Below are positions 49,322 to 59,515 of a stretch of 64,000 nt of DNA, one piece after another. The position numbers and the translations under genes are program-made. Under the pieces are notes generated by a model. The model saw only the letters and a list, made by a program, of their open reading frames with translations. It ran no database searches and was not told where the DNA came from. Within the stretch, counting starts at the first letter, position 1. Every line of letters begins with the position of its first letter. This DNA comes from Candidatus Altimarinota bacterium (GTDB lineage: Bacteria > Patescibacteriota > Gracilibacteria > UBA1369 > GCA-2718715), in the NCBI GenBank assembly GCA_041242255.1, contig JBESAV010000001.1, forward strand, positions 736,001 through 800,000. The letters run 5' to 3'.

Positions 49322-50208
49322 CCTCTCCACATCTCATCAGCAGACATCACTTGTTTACCTTCAACTTGTATTTTACTTATACCCAAAACTCCATTTGAAG
49401 TCCCAACCACTATTTTTCCGTCCTTCATAACAAAGCTACCACTTTCTACTACTTCATTAGATACTTCACATTCATGAACAATAAATCTCTTACCATCCAT
49501 AAAGAAATATATTTTAGGCCAAAAATAGTAAGCTCGATACTTATTCCATATCTCTACAGCTGACTCCTTCATAAAATCAACCTCAGCATCAGACTTATTA
49601 ATTTTTCCACAATAAGTTGCTTTATCGTGATCCTGCTCCATTGGAGTTGTTCCATTTTCATACACATCTCTTAATGTATCAATTAATGCTTCAGCACCAA
49701 GCTTAGCTAACTTTTCGTACAATAGAGGAGCCACATCTTCTTTCTCTATCTTATACTCAACAATCTTATAAATGGCACCAGCATCCATAGCTTTAACCAT
49801 ACGCATAATTGTAACACCAGTTTTTTCTACACCATCAAGCAAAGCTGATTGAATAGGGGAGGCACCTCTATACTTTGGAAGAATAGATCCATGAACATTA
49901 ATACAATCTATCTTAGGTGCATCCAATACGTATTCCTTCAGCAAAACTCCATAATCAGCCACTACCACAAAATCAGCCTCTCCCAAATCAACCTGATCAA
50001 CTATCATTTTAGAAGTACTAGCTTCATATACCTTCACTCCAAGTTCATTCGCTAAGTAGAAAACTGGTGTTCCTTTCAACTCCTTCTTTCTTCCTACTTC
50101 CTTTTTAAGCTGAGTTACGACACTCAAGACTTCTATATCTTCAGCACTTACTAAAGCTCTCAATTGCTCACAAGCAAAGCCTCCTGATCCCATAAAAATA
50201 ACTTTCAT
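49285..50208 (-). CDS. fmt: Methionyl-tRNA formyltransferase
   Basis: VIFMGS, INVHGSILPKYRGASPIQ and MDAG motifs. Confidence 0.96.
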   Translation of the reverse strand: MKVIFMGSGGFACEQLRALVSAEDIEVLSVVTQLKKEVGRKKELKGTPVFYLANELGVKVYEASTSKMIVDQVDLGEADFVVVADYGVLLKEYVLDAPKIDCINVHGSILPKYRGASPIQSALLDGVEKTGVTIMRMVKAMDAGAIYKIVEYKIEKEDVAPLLYEKLAKLGAEALIDTLRDVYENGTTPMEQDHDKATYCGKINKSDAEVDFMKESAVEIWNKYRAYYFWPKIYFFMDGKRFIVHECEVSNEVVESGSFVMKDGKIVVGTSNGVLGISKIQVEGKQVMSADEMWRGYEALFVGAEAK

Positions 50209-50301
50209 CCAAATACCTTAATTTCTCATAGAATACACACAAAAGGGTTTACAAACAATCAATTTTCTATATAATCCATCACTAAACAGTTTATCAAATT
50301 T

Positions 50302-51267
50302 ATGACTTTACCTAACAAAGACCAGCTTTTCATAGAACTACTCCAACAACTAAAACAAAGCCAAAAAGTTGTAATAATATCTCACAATAGACCAGATGGA
50401 GATACAACAGGAAGCAATCTAGCTTTGAGACTTTTACTTGAAGACATGGGTAAAGAAGTGGTTTCAGCTTGTGCTGATCCAGTTCCAGAAAATTTTCATT
50501 TCTTACCAAAAGTAGAACAATTCACCCAAGAGTTCCTCCTAGAAGATTTCGATACTGTCATTATTGTTGATGCAGGAGCTAGACACTTAGTTAGGTTTTT
50601 TGACATCTATCCAGAATTAACTAGAACTCGTAAACCTATCATTTGTATTGATCACCATTTCTCAAATAATAAATTTGGAACTCTAAACATAATCGATCCC
50701 GAAGAAACTTCTACCACAAGTCTTCTTTATAAGTTTTTCACAGAAACCGATCAAAAGATCACACCAGATATCGCTACATGCTTACTAAATGGTATCTATA
50801 CCGATACAGGAAGCTTCATGCATAGCAACACTACACCTGAAACTATGAAAATCGCCAGTGAACTTATCAAGAAAGGTGCAAACTTCAAACATATATCAAA
50901 ATACAACTTCAAAACCAAAAAAACTAAAAACCTAAAACTAATCGGTGAAGTACTAGATAATCTATCCTTAAACTCCAACAACGTAGTAGTTGGTGCCGTA
51001 GACCAAGAAACATTCGAAAAATACGAGGCAACCTCTGAAGATCTTGCTGGTGTAGCAGATATGATAAGTAGTGTTCCCTCGACTGACTATAGTATGTTAT
51101 TAACCGAAGCTAAAGATGGAAAAGTTAAAGCCTCTCTCAGGACAAGAAAAGACGATGTTAATGTAGCCAAAATCGCCGAACAATACGGAGGAGGGGGGCA
51201 TGCAAAAGCAGCTGGTTTTAAAACAGATGCAAAATTAGTCAAAAAAGTTACTTGGGAAATCGAGTAA
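50302..51267 (+). CDS. nrnA: DHH/DHHA1 phosphoesterase (NrnA-like nanoRNase/pAp phosphatase)
   Basis: HNRPDGD, IDHH, TDTGSF, SLR and GGGGHAKAAG motifs. Confidence 0.88.
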   Translation: MTLPNKDQLFIELLQQLKQSQKVVIISHNRPDGDTTGSNLALRLLLEDMGKEVVSACADPVPENFHFLPKVEQFTQEFLLEDFDTVIIVDAGARHLVRFFDIYPELTRTRKPIICIDHHFSNNKFGTLNIIDPEETSTTSLLYKFFTETDQKITPDIATCLLNGIYTDTGSFMHSNTTPETMKIASELIKKGANFKHISKYNFKTKKTKNLKLIGEVLDNLSLNSNNVVVGAVDQETFEKYEATSEDLAGVADMISSVPSTDYSMLLTEAKDGKVKASLRTRKDDVNVAKIAEQYGGGGHAKAAGFKTDAKLVKKVTWEIE

Positions 51268-51328
51268 CATATAATTTACAAAGACCTATACAATCTTTAC
51301 TATATCCAAAAGTAAAGAGTCATTACCA

Positions 51329-51736
51329 ATGTTCAAAAAATATTTTCTACCTCTAATTGTTTTCTGCTCAATCTCATTAACAACCCTTACATTAATCATA
51401 ACCAGAATGAGTCCTTGTAGAGAATATGGTAACTCTAGTATTTGTTCAGAAATTCTGCCAATCAACCATATCTTCCTCTACTTAAGTATAGCTATTTTCC
51501 TTGGAAGTTTATTTTCAATCATTACTTTCTGGCTAAGACAAAGAAGCTCACAAAGCGAAAATCTAGACCATTACTTCAACACAAGTTTAAGACAAGGAGT
51601 ACTATTCTCGTTATTTAGCACAACCTGCGTATTCTTTCTTTCACTGGGAATATTAAAATGGTGGACATCACTACTACTTCTAGTTCTTGTTATACTTACT
51701 GAATTCCTAAGTCTACAAAGAAAGCCTTTTAGCTAA
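51329..51736 (+). CDS. Hypothetical 4-TM membrane protein
   Basis: Four hydrophobic segments and an SLRQG motif. Confidence 0.7.
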   Translation: MFKKYFLPLIVFCSISLTTLTLIITRMSPCREYGNSSICSEILPINHIFLYLSIAIFLGSLFSIITFWLRQRSSQSENLDHYFNTSLRQGVLFSLFSTTCVFFLSLGILKWWTSLLLLVLVILTEFLSLQRKPFS

Positions 51737-52422
51737 ACATCGTATTCAACCTCTTCCAGTATTCGAATGTTATCAAATGGCCAAAAAACAAGCTCAGCTT
51801 TTCCTCGTATGCTTGATCTATGAACGTAGCTATTTAAATCCTCTGGAGAACAGCTCTGACTAAAGTTACTAAAACAACTTCTCGAGTCAGCACTAGAACC
51901 TCGGTTATCTCCCATTACAAAGTAAGATTCATCCGGAACCTGATAAACAACCTCTTCCTCTATAGAAGCCCCAGGCACAACTGTATTTCCAGCATTATCA
52001 GAGTTCAAATAATCTTCATTCAACTCTATAAACTCTTCATTAAAAAGTTTATATACTTTACCGTCTACAATTTTCAAAGTATCACCTGGTTCTCCAATAA
52101 TTCTCTTCACATAATATTCTTTCTCCACAGAATTACCTGGAGGCCTAAAAACAATAATATCCCCAGCTTTAGGTTTACCAAACGAATAACCAGCTACTTC
52201 TTGATAAATTAACTCATTAACAATAATTTTTTCTTCTTTAGAACTACCAGGTCTCTGACAAACTTCATCAATCACATTCAGAGTGCTACACATAGAAGGA
52301 CCATTAACTCTAAATGGAGAAACAATGTAAGTCCTTATAAAAAGAGCTAACATAACAATAAAAGCCAAATTTATAACTAAATCCATAAACGAAAGGAACC
52401 AATGATGCTTACTTTTTTCCAT
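51733..52422 (-). CDS. lepB: Signal peptidase I
   Basis: GPSM (catalytic Ser), YVKRIIGEPGD (Lys) and MGDNRGSSADSR. Confidence 0.95.
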   Translation of the reverse strand: MEKSKHHWFLSFMDLVINLAFIVMLALFIRTYIVSPFRVNGPSMCSTLNVIDEVCQRPGSSKEEKIIVNELIYQEVAGYSFGKPKAGDIIVFRPPGNSVEKEYYVKRIIGEPGDTLKIVDGKVYKLFNEEFIELNEDYLNSDNAGNTVVPGASIEEEVVYQVPDESYFVMGDNRGSSADSRSCFSNFSQSCSPEDLNSYVHRSSIRGKAELVFWPFDNIRILEEVEYDV

Positions 52423-52495
52423 ATAAAAACGAAATAACTCTTTAAAAAAATCTGCTAACAGCTTAAATTAATACTTAGACAAAAACAATCACAAT

Positions 52496-53080
52496 ATGAT
52501 TCGCGATAGACTATTCAGAAATTACCTAGAAGAAGGTGAGGAACTAATCCATGTTCTTCATCATCACGTAATCTCAACTTTTAAACCGATATTCTTAAAC
52601 ATTTTTCTATACATAGCCATCCCTGCCTTAATATGGTATGCCATACCTCAAGCCACGATAGTTGCTATTCCCTTTATAGTTTTCGGAGTAGGGAAGACCC
52701 TATCAATACTTATCTCATGGTACTACAACGCCCTTCTCATAACTGACGTTAACCTCATTGACTTAGAGTGGCATGGGGTATTTCACAGAGAGGCAACTAG
52801 AATAGAGTACAGACAGGTAGAAAGCTTCTCTTTCGAAATTAATGGAGTCATAAATACTCTTCTTAACATAGGAAATATCGAAATCATGAAGCTTAACGGT
52901 ACAGTCACAGAGATAAACGGAGTATTCAATCCTCAAAAAAACTCTCAACTGCTAACCAAACTACAAGATGAAATCATCAATCAAAACATCCGAAACGACC
53001 ATGAGGCTTTGAAAGGAATTCTTACCAATATGATTCAAGATCACATCAAAGAAAATGGAATTACAATCTACGAAGATTAA
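52496..53080 (+). CDS. Membrane protein with bacterial PH-like domain
   Basis: Two TM segments followed by WYYNALLITD...GVINTLLNIGNIEI. Confidence 0.7.
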   Translation: MIRDRLFRNYLEEGEELIHVLHHHVISTFKPIFLNIFLYIAIPALIWYAIPQATIVAIPFIVFGVGKTLSILISWYYNALLITDVNLIDLEWHGVFHREATRIEYRQVESFSFEINGVINTLLNIGNIEIMKLNGTVTEINGVFNPQKNSQLLTKLQDEIINQNIRNDHEALKGILTNMIQDHIKENGITIYED

Positions 53081-54105
53081 GTTCCAATTACATTAACCTC
53101 ACATTCAAGTTCGATACCAAACTTATCTTGAACTCTTTTTTGAATTTCTAAAATTGCTCTTTCTAAGTCTTCACCTAAAGCCTCACCTTTACCTAAAAGG
53201 TTAACCAACACCAAAGCCTGTTTCTCGTAAACACCAACCGTACCAAACTTCTCACCTTTTAAACCACATTGATCAATCAACCAACCAGCCGCTAACTTAA
53301 ACTTATTCCCAAATTTATACACTGGCATATCTTCATATCGTTCTGTAAGCCTATCGATCATTTCTTTTTCAACGATTGGATTCTTAAAGAAGGATCCGCA
53401 AGTTCCAATTTTTTCCCAATCTGGAAGCTTTGAAGAACGTATAGCTATAACCGCATCAGCTATTTCAGAAACACCATATTCATCTATTTCCCTAAAGGCC
53501 TCCTGCAAAGGCTTATATTCAATATTAAACTTATGAAATCCTTTTTTTGAAAGCCTGAATTCAACAGCAGTAATCACTCCTTTACCTTTCAAATCGTTTT
53601 TAAAAATAGAATCCCTATATCCAAATTCACATTCAGAGTTCAACATCTTCACAACCTTCTTCTTATCAAAATCAAAGAAATCTAATCGTCTCAGTACATC
53701 TTTAACCTCAACCCCATAAGCACCAATGTTTTGTACTGGAGCTGTCCCAACATTACCAGGAATCAAAGCTAAATTTTCTAACCCTCCATAATCATTCTCC
53801 ACAGTCCACATCACAAAATCATGCCAATTGGCTCCAGCTTGAACCTTCACCAAAACCTCTGATTCACTTTCAGCAATAACCTCCCAACCATCCATACATA
53901 CTTTCACAACCAGCCCATCAAAATCATTAATAAAAACCATATTACTAGCTCCCCCCATCAATAAAACTTCTCCCTTATAGTCATCCAAAAACTCAGCTAG
54001 TTCCTTCAGTTCAGCCACATCATTCACCTCAGCATATAAACTAGCTTTAGCTGGAATACCAAATGTAGTCATCTTTCCGACATCAACACCTTCAAAAAAA
54101 TCCAC
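53077..54105 (-). CDS. murB: UDP-N-acetylenolpyruvoylglucosamine reductase
   Basis: GGASN, GLENLALIPGNVG, QNIGAYG, GSFFKNP and QALVLVN motifs. Confidence 0.96.
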   Translation of the reverse strand: MDFFEGVDVGKMTTFGIPAKASLYAEVNDVAELKELAEFLDDYKGEVLLMGGASNMVFINDFDGLVVKVCMDGWEVIAESESEVLVKVQAGANWHDFVMWTVENDYGGLENLALIPGNVGTAPVQNIGAYGVEVKDVLRRLDFFDFDKKKVVKMLNSECEFGYRDSIFKNDLKGKGVITAVEFRLSKKGFHKFNIEYKPLQEAFREIDEYGVSEIADAVIAIRSSKLPDWEKIGTCGSFFKNPIVEKEMIDRLTERYEDMPVYKFGNKFKLAAGWLIDQCGLKGEKFGTVGVYEKQALVLVNLLGKGEALGEDLERAILEIQKRVQDKFGIELECEVNVIGT

Positions 54106-54197
54106 TTTTGATCATTATATAAACCAAAACTAACAAATAAATCCATTTTCAACAACCTACTTATTTGATAAGTTATCAATAACAAATAAGAAAACCT

Positions 54198-55661
54198 ATG
54201 ATCACTCTTAAAGAAGCACTTCAAAAATATGAACCAGTCATTGGTCTTGAAATTCACGTTCAAATGAACACTAAAACTAAAATGTTCTGCCGCTGCTCCA
54301 ACCAATCTTTTAACGTACGTCCAAACATCAACATCTGTCCAATCTGTATGGGATTCCCTGGACAATTACCTAAAGTAAACCAAGAAGCAATTAAAAAGGG
54401 GATTATATCTGGACTTGCTCTAGGATCTAAAATTGAACAACATTCTCAATTTGATAGAAAACAATACTTCTACCCTGACTCACCAAACGGCTTTCAAATC
54501 ACCCAACAATTCCAACCAATCGCTACAGGTGGTGAAGTAGAGATAGAACTTTCAGACGGATCTTATCGAAAGATAAAAATTCACCACATGCACATAGAAA
54601 ATGATGCCGGAAAACTTACTCACATACCAGATGGATCACTATGTGACTACAACCGTGCAGGAAGCCCCCTCATGGAGATTGTTACCGAACCAGACATGTA
54701 CTCTATAGAAGAAGCCTCTCTACTTGCCCAAGAGGTACAAAAAATCATGAGATATTGTGATTCCTCCAATGTTGACATGGAAAAAGGAGAGATGAGATTC
54801 GACTTAAACGTATCACTTAAAGAGAAAGGATCCACACAACTCGGAGTTAAAGTAGAAACAAAAAACCTAAATTCATTCCAAGCCTTAGAAAAAGCAGCAG
54901 AATTCGAAATCCGCCGCCAAGCAGAACTTCTAGAAAGCGGTCAAGAAATTGAACAACAAACCCGTGGATGGTCAGAAGAAAAAGGAAAGACACTTCTTCA
55001 AAGATCAAAAGAGGAAGCTTTAGACTACAGATACTTCCCGGAACCAGACATTCCACCTATCAAACTTACTCAAAAAGAAATTGATTTACAAAAATCACAG
55101 CTACCAATCCTCCCGCTTGAAGTTAAAAAGACTCTAAAGTCTGAATACAACATTGAAGCGGAAGAACTTTCTATTTTAAGCGACACAAAACCAATGTCGG
55201 ATTTCTTCCTTGAAGCAATCAAAATTGGAAAAGATCCAAAAACCACAACTAGTTTCATCACAACAATCCTTATGAAACATCTAAAAGAAGATGGACTAGA
55301 AATCAATTCACCAGAAAACAAAGTTACAGCTCAAATGCTGGGAGAACTAGTCCAATTGATCCAAGATGGGACAATTTCCAACAACGTAGCCAAAACCACA
55401 GTTTTTGAAGAAATGTATAAAACAGGAAAATCACCTCAAACAATAGTAGATGAAAAAGGTCTCAAACAAGTATCAGATACTGCTGCAATAGAAGAGTTCT
55501 GTCAAAAAGCTATCCTAGCTCTACCACAAGCAGCCGAAGACGTTAAAAATGGTCAAATGAAAGCAATTGGTGCATTAGTTGGATTTGTAATGAAAGAATC
55601 AAAAGGACAAGCTAATCCGGCTTTAGTTAACAAAACTTTAGTCAAACTACTCCAGAACTAG
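54198..55661 (+). CDS. gatB: Asp/Glu-tRNA amidotransferase subunit B
   Basis: VIGLEIHVQ, FDRKQYFYPD, DYNRAGSPLMEIVTEPD and DYRYFPEPD motifs. Confidence 0.98.
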   Translation: MITLKEALQKYEPVIGLEIHVQMNTKTKMFCRCSNQSFNVRPNINICPICMGFPGQLPKVNQEAIKKGIISGLALGSKIEQHSQFDRKQYFYPDSPNGFQITQQFQPIATGGEVEIELSDGSYRKIKIHHMHIENDAGKLTHIPDGSLCDYNRAGSPLMEIVTEPDMYSIEEASLLAQEVQKIMRYCDSSNVDMEKGEMRFDLNVSLKEKGSTQLGVKVETKNLNSFQALEKAAEFEIRRQAELLESGQEIEQQTRGWSEEKGKTLLQRSKEEALDYRYFPEPDIPPIKLTQKEIDLQKSQLPILPLEVKKTLKSEYNIEAEELSILSDTKPMSDFFLEAIKIGKDPKTTTSFITTILMKHLKEDGLEINSPENKVTAQMLGELVQLIQDGTISNNVAKTTVFEEMYKTGKSPQTIVDEKGLKQVSDTAAIEEFCQKAILALPQAAEDVKNGQMKAIGALVGFVMKESKGQANPALVNKTLVKLLQN

Positions 55662-55707
55662 TCTAGAAATACAAAAAATGGTATAATTAATTAAATAATC
55701 AATAAAA

Positions 55708-55980
55708 ATGCAAGAAGCAGTACTCACAACCAAAGACTTCATGAACATATCAATAACTGTTTCTATAATAGTTATTTCTATACTTCTAGCCATAGCAATA
55801 GTACACGCTATTCTAATCATGCATGATGTTAGAAAAGTATCCAAAATAACAGGGGACATATCTGAAGGAATCAATAGCATCTTAATTGCACCTATTGCTC
55901 TAATTGGTCAAATCTCAAGTTCAGTTGCACCTCAAGCTGAAAAAGCTATCAAATCATGGCTTAAGAAGATGGATAAATAA
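55708..55980 (+). CDS. Small membrane protein (TM plus amphipathic helix)
   Basis: Hydrophobic N-terminal helix in a 90-aa ORF; TATAAT upstream. Confidence 0.65.
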   Translation: MQEAVLTTKDFMNISITVSIIVISILLAIAIVHAILIMHDVRKVSKITGDISEGINSILIAPIALIGQISSSVAPQAEKAIKSWLKKMDK

Positions 55981-56746
55981 ATTTATCTTTAAACCAATCT
56001 CTCATAAAAAGTACTGGAAATACAACCAGTGCTTTTAAAATTCTCTTCCATCTCTTCATAGGCTCTTTCAAAAGCCTAAACAACCATTCAAAACCAATCT
56101 TTCTCCTTAGAAAACCAGGCGCCCTCTCCACTACACCAGCCTCATAGTCAAATGCCCCACCAACTCCAAATACAAACTTAACACTTTTCAGCCTACCTCT
56201 AAATCTATCCATCCAAATTTCTTGATTAGGAGCACCAAAAGCCAAAAACAATAAATCTGTATCAGCATTTACTATTTTCTGACAAATCACTTCTCCTTCA
56301 TCCTCCTCTAAAGAAAACTTAGGATTAGCCACTCCTACAATGTTTGAATTTGGATATTTGGAACGTACTGCTTCAGCTACTCCGGGCATAGCTCCGAGTA
56401 AAAATATTTTATATTTTTGCTCTTTTTTACCATTTTCTTCCAAAACTCGCCTAAATAAATCAGAACCACAAATTCTATATAAATTTTTCTCTCCCCAAAA
56501 ATATTTCAAAAAGAACCACAATCCAAATCCATCTACTAGTCTATAATTAGCTCTCCTCAACACTGATCCAAATTCCTCATTTTTCTCCATTTCAACTATC
56601 ATTTCAGGATTTGGAGTCACTACTATATTTGGTTGATCGAAATCTTCACTACATAAACCAAACATATCAACCAAAAAATTCTCCAAACTACCTTTATAAA
56701 AACTCAAGCCTCTATACAAATGCTTTTTTTCAACTATTTTATTCAT
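55961..56746 (-). CDS. WecB/TagA/CpsF family glycosyltransferase
   Basis: VVTPNPE, RICGSDL, LAFGAPNQE, GVGGAFD and FEWLFRL motifs. ATG at 56746 preferred. Confidence 0.92.
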   Translation of the reverse strand: MNKIVEKKHLYRGLSFYKGSLENFLVDMFGLCSEDFDQPNIVVTPNPEMIVEMEKNEEFGSVLRRANYRLVDGFGLWFFLKYFWGEKNLYRICGSDLFRRVLEENGKKEQKYKIFLLGAMPGVAEAVRSKYPNSNIVGVANPKFSLEEDEGEVICQKIVNADTDLLFLAFGAPNQEIWMDRFRGRLKSVKFVFGVGGAFDYEAGVVERAPGFLRRKIGFEWLFRLLKEPMKRWKRILKALVVFPVLFMRDWFKDKFIYPSS

Positions 56747-57509
56747 CTGCAACGCCCTTTTTACATATAAAAACCATATTCTCACAGCTCCACCAATTTT
56801 TCACCATACCCTTTTTAGTAACATAAATCTCATCAATCAACACTAAACCTGATTGTTTAATTAGCTTTCTCATTTCCCAGGGGGTAAAAGCATGATAATA
56901 CCTCTCAACTCCAGAATCTCCCCAAGCCACAAAACAATCGCCAAATTCATATTCTTTCAATCTTTTCGGATGAAAACTTTCCCAAACAAGTTTACGCCAC
57001 CTTGGCTGAAACAAATTCCATACAGAAAAAGCAAAGTAACCTCCATCCTTTAAAATTCTTTCAACTTCAGCTAAAGCCTCTAATCTTTTAATTTTTCCAG
57101 GCAAATGATGAAATGCAGCAACTGAAATTGCGACGTCATAATAATCATCCTTCTCATCCAAATCACCAAATTGACCTTTCTTAAAAGCGTACTCAGTGTC
57201 TTTATCAATCACCTCTTTTTCACCTTCATCATTTATAAACCTACGAAAAGAAAAATTCTCCTGGGCTTGTTTCAAAATACCCTTAGAAATATCTACACCC
57301 TTATATTCGATTTTTCTATCATGTAATGATTTTAATAGCCTACCGTTACCGCATCCTATATCTAAAACCTTATCATCTTGCTGAATAAGCTCCTTATAAA
57401 TTTGAAACTCATACCACGTCTTAAACCTTGACTGACTAAACTCTTCTGCTATAGAATTATAATCTTGTTGAACCTGTTTCACTAAAGCCTCAGCCACATC
57501 CTTCTTCAT
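56739..57509 (-). CDS. Trm9/ALKBH8-like class I SAM-dependent tRNA wobble-uridine methyltransferase (putative)
   Basis: YNSIAEEFSQSR..W, LDIGCGNGR, AISVAAFHHL...RLEAL, DCFVAW and RYYHAF match Trm9-family motifs. ATG at 57509 preferred. Confidence 0.75.
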   Translation of the reverse strand: MKKDVAEALVKQVQQDYNSIAEEFSQSRFKTWYEFQIYKELIQQDDKVLDIGCGNGRLLKSLHDRKIEYKGVDISKGILKQAQENFSFRRFINDEGEKEVIDKDTEYAFKKGQFGDLDEKDDYYDVAISVAAFHHLPGKIKRLEALAEVERILKDGGYFAFSVWNLFQPRWRKLVWESFHPKRLKEYEFGDCFVAWGDSGVERYYHAFTPWEMRKLIKQSGLVLIDEIYVTKKGMVKNWWSCENMVFICKKGVADE

Positions 57510-57575
57510 AATTTGAAAATATAGTGATACACTTGCAAACAAGTTACCAACTAAAGAATTAAAAGTAAACAAGCC

Positions 57576-59243
57576 ATGGCAGTCTACGAAACCAGACCAA
57601 AATTAGAAAAGATGTGTAAAGAGGTTATTTTCAAACTTTATGAGTTTGTAGATATGGCTGACGACGCTTTACTTACAAGAAAAAGAGTAGAAAAAATTCG
57701 TAATAGAGTCACCAAAAAGTATGGCTTAACCCCACCTAGAAACATTGAGTTAGTAAAAGCATACAACGAATTACTTGATGAAAAAATTATTGAACCAAAC
57801 GAAACAATTCTTAACTTTATCGTAAAACGAAGAGTTAGAACACTTTCTGGTATAGCCAACATAACCGTAATGCTTAAAGCCTTTGGTTGTCCTGGACAGT
57901 GTATTTTTTGCCCTACTCAAGAAGGAATGCCCAAAAGTTACTTCTCAACACAACCAGCTATGCTGCGTGCCGTTAGAAACAATTTCGACGCATATTCTCA
58001 AGTCAAAGCCAGACTAAATGGCCTTAAAACTCAAGGACACGACGTAACAAAAATAGATATTAGAACTGCAGGAGGTACCTGGAGCTCCTATCTACCTGAA
58101 TACCAAGAACATTTCATCAAAAGTATTTACTTTGCACTTAATGAAGGCCCAGGTGAACCACTACCCCTCGAAGAAGCTAATCAACTCATTGAAGAATCCA
58201 CTTTAGAAGATTTGATTAAAGAAAATGAAACTACCACATCCAAGTGTGTTGGCTTGTGGATAGAAACTCGCCCTGACTGGGTTACACATAAAGAGATAAA
58301 AAAACTAAGAAGATTCGGAGTAACAGGTATAGAACTAGGTATCCAAACAACAGATGACAAAGTAAACGAATTTTGCAAACGAGGCCATGGCATGAAAGAG
58401 TCGGAATACGCTACTAAACTATCAAGAGATGCAGGTCTAAAAGTCTGCCACCATCTCATGCCCAATCTTCCTACAGCAACAATTGAATCTGATATTCAAA
58501 GTATAAAAGATACTTTCCAAACCGATAAACTACAACCTGACTATATTAAGATTTACCCTTGTATGGTGGTTCCAACCACGGAATTAGCTAAAATGTACGA
58601 AGAAGATAAATCAGTTCACACAGCCTACCCTGATGAAGAACTTATAAATCTTCTTATCAAATGTATGGAAATGACACCAGAATACTGTCGTATCATCAGA
58701 GTTTTACGAGATTTCCCATCAGAGCTAGTACTTGAAGGAACCAAAAAACTAAACCTAAGGCAAATCATACACCAAAGAGGTGTTGATTGCAGATGTGTAA
58801 GATGTAGAGAAATCAAAGGACAAAAATTCGACAACGACAAAGTTCAAATACGAGAAACCTGGTATAAAGCTAACCAAGGGGATGAAGTATTCATTCAAGC
58901 AGAAGAACCAGAAATAGATAAACTCATCGGATTAGTCCGTTTACGCCTAGTTGAAGAGCAAAACAGCAGCACAGACATACCAGAGTTACTCGGGAAAACC
59001 GCTTTAATAAGGGAATTACACGTATATGGACAACAAAAATCACTAAAGAAAAAGAGGGGAGAGGTACTTAAATCAAATTCACAACATCAAGGTTTTGGTA
59101 AAAGACTCATGCACCACGCTGAAAAAGTCGCAAAAGAAAAAGGATTTAATAAAATTGCAGTTATATCAGCAATAGGTACTAGAGAGTATTACAAAAAACT
59201 AGGATACCAACTTGAAGGAACTTACATGGTAAAAGCATTATAA
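57576..59243 (+). CDS. elp3: Elp3 radical SAM/KAT tRNA U34 carboxymethyltransferase
   Basis: RTLSGIA, CPGQCIFCP, PKSY, ETRPD, HLMPNLP, KIYP, CRCVRCRE, RELHVYG, QHQGFG and YYKKLGY..EGTYM motifs. Confidence 0.95.
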   Translation: MAVYETRPKLEKMCKEVIFKLYEFVDMADDALLTRKRVEKIRNRVTKKYGLTPPRNIELVKAYNELLDEKIIEPNETILNFIVKRRVRTLSGIANITVMLKAFGCPGQCIFCPTQEGMPKSYFSTQPAMLRAVRNNFDAYSQVKARLNGLKTQGHDVTKIDIRTAGGTWSSYLPEYQEHFIKSIYFALNEGPGEPLPLEEANQLIEESTLEDLIKENETTTSKCVGLWIETRPDWVTHKEIKKLRRFGVTGIELGIQTTDDKVNEFCKRGHGMKESEYATKLSRDAGLKVCHHLMPNLPTATIESDIQSIKDTFQTDKLQPDYIKIYPCMVVPTTELAKMYEEDKSVHTAYPDEELINLLIKCMEMTPEYCRIIRVLRDFPSELVLEGTKKLNLRQIIHQRGVDCRCVRCREIKGQKFDNDKVQIRETWYKANQGDEVFIQAEEPEIDKLIGLVRLRLVEEQNSSTDIPELLGKTALIRELHVYGQQKSLKKKRGEVLKSNSQHQGFGKRLMHHAEKVAKEKGFNKIAVISAIGTREYYKKLGYQLEGTYMVKAL

Positions 59244-59473
59244 TGACAAACAATTTCGAAAAAATAAACAAACCAAAACCAAAAGAATTCCAAACTCAAA
59301 GTAAATTTCCATACAAAACGGTCGCAGTCATAGGCGCAATAATTTCTTTTATTGCAGGCTTAGAGGAACCATCACCAAGAAGATATTTGTTTGAACAGAT
59401 ACAACAAATCAAAAATAATATTCTACAAGTCCAAGCAGAGGAGACCTCAATTTCCAACTCAAACCAAAACTAA
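59243..59473 (+). CDS. Small hypothetical protein with one hydrophobic segment
   Basis: Start is coupled to the elp3 stop (TAATG); contains VAVIGAIISFIAGL. Confidence 0.5.
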   Translation: MTNNFEKINKPKPKEFQTQSKFPYKTVAVIGAIISFIAGLEEPSPRRYLFEQIQQIKNNILQVQAEETSISNSNQN

Positions 59474-59515
59474 CCCCTCACAATATACCTTGTACGGTAT
59501 AAAGCGGTTTAAATT

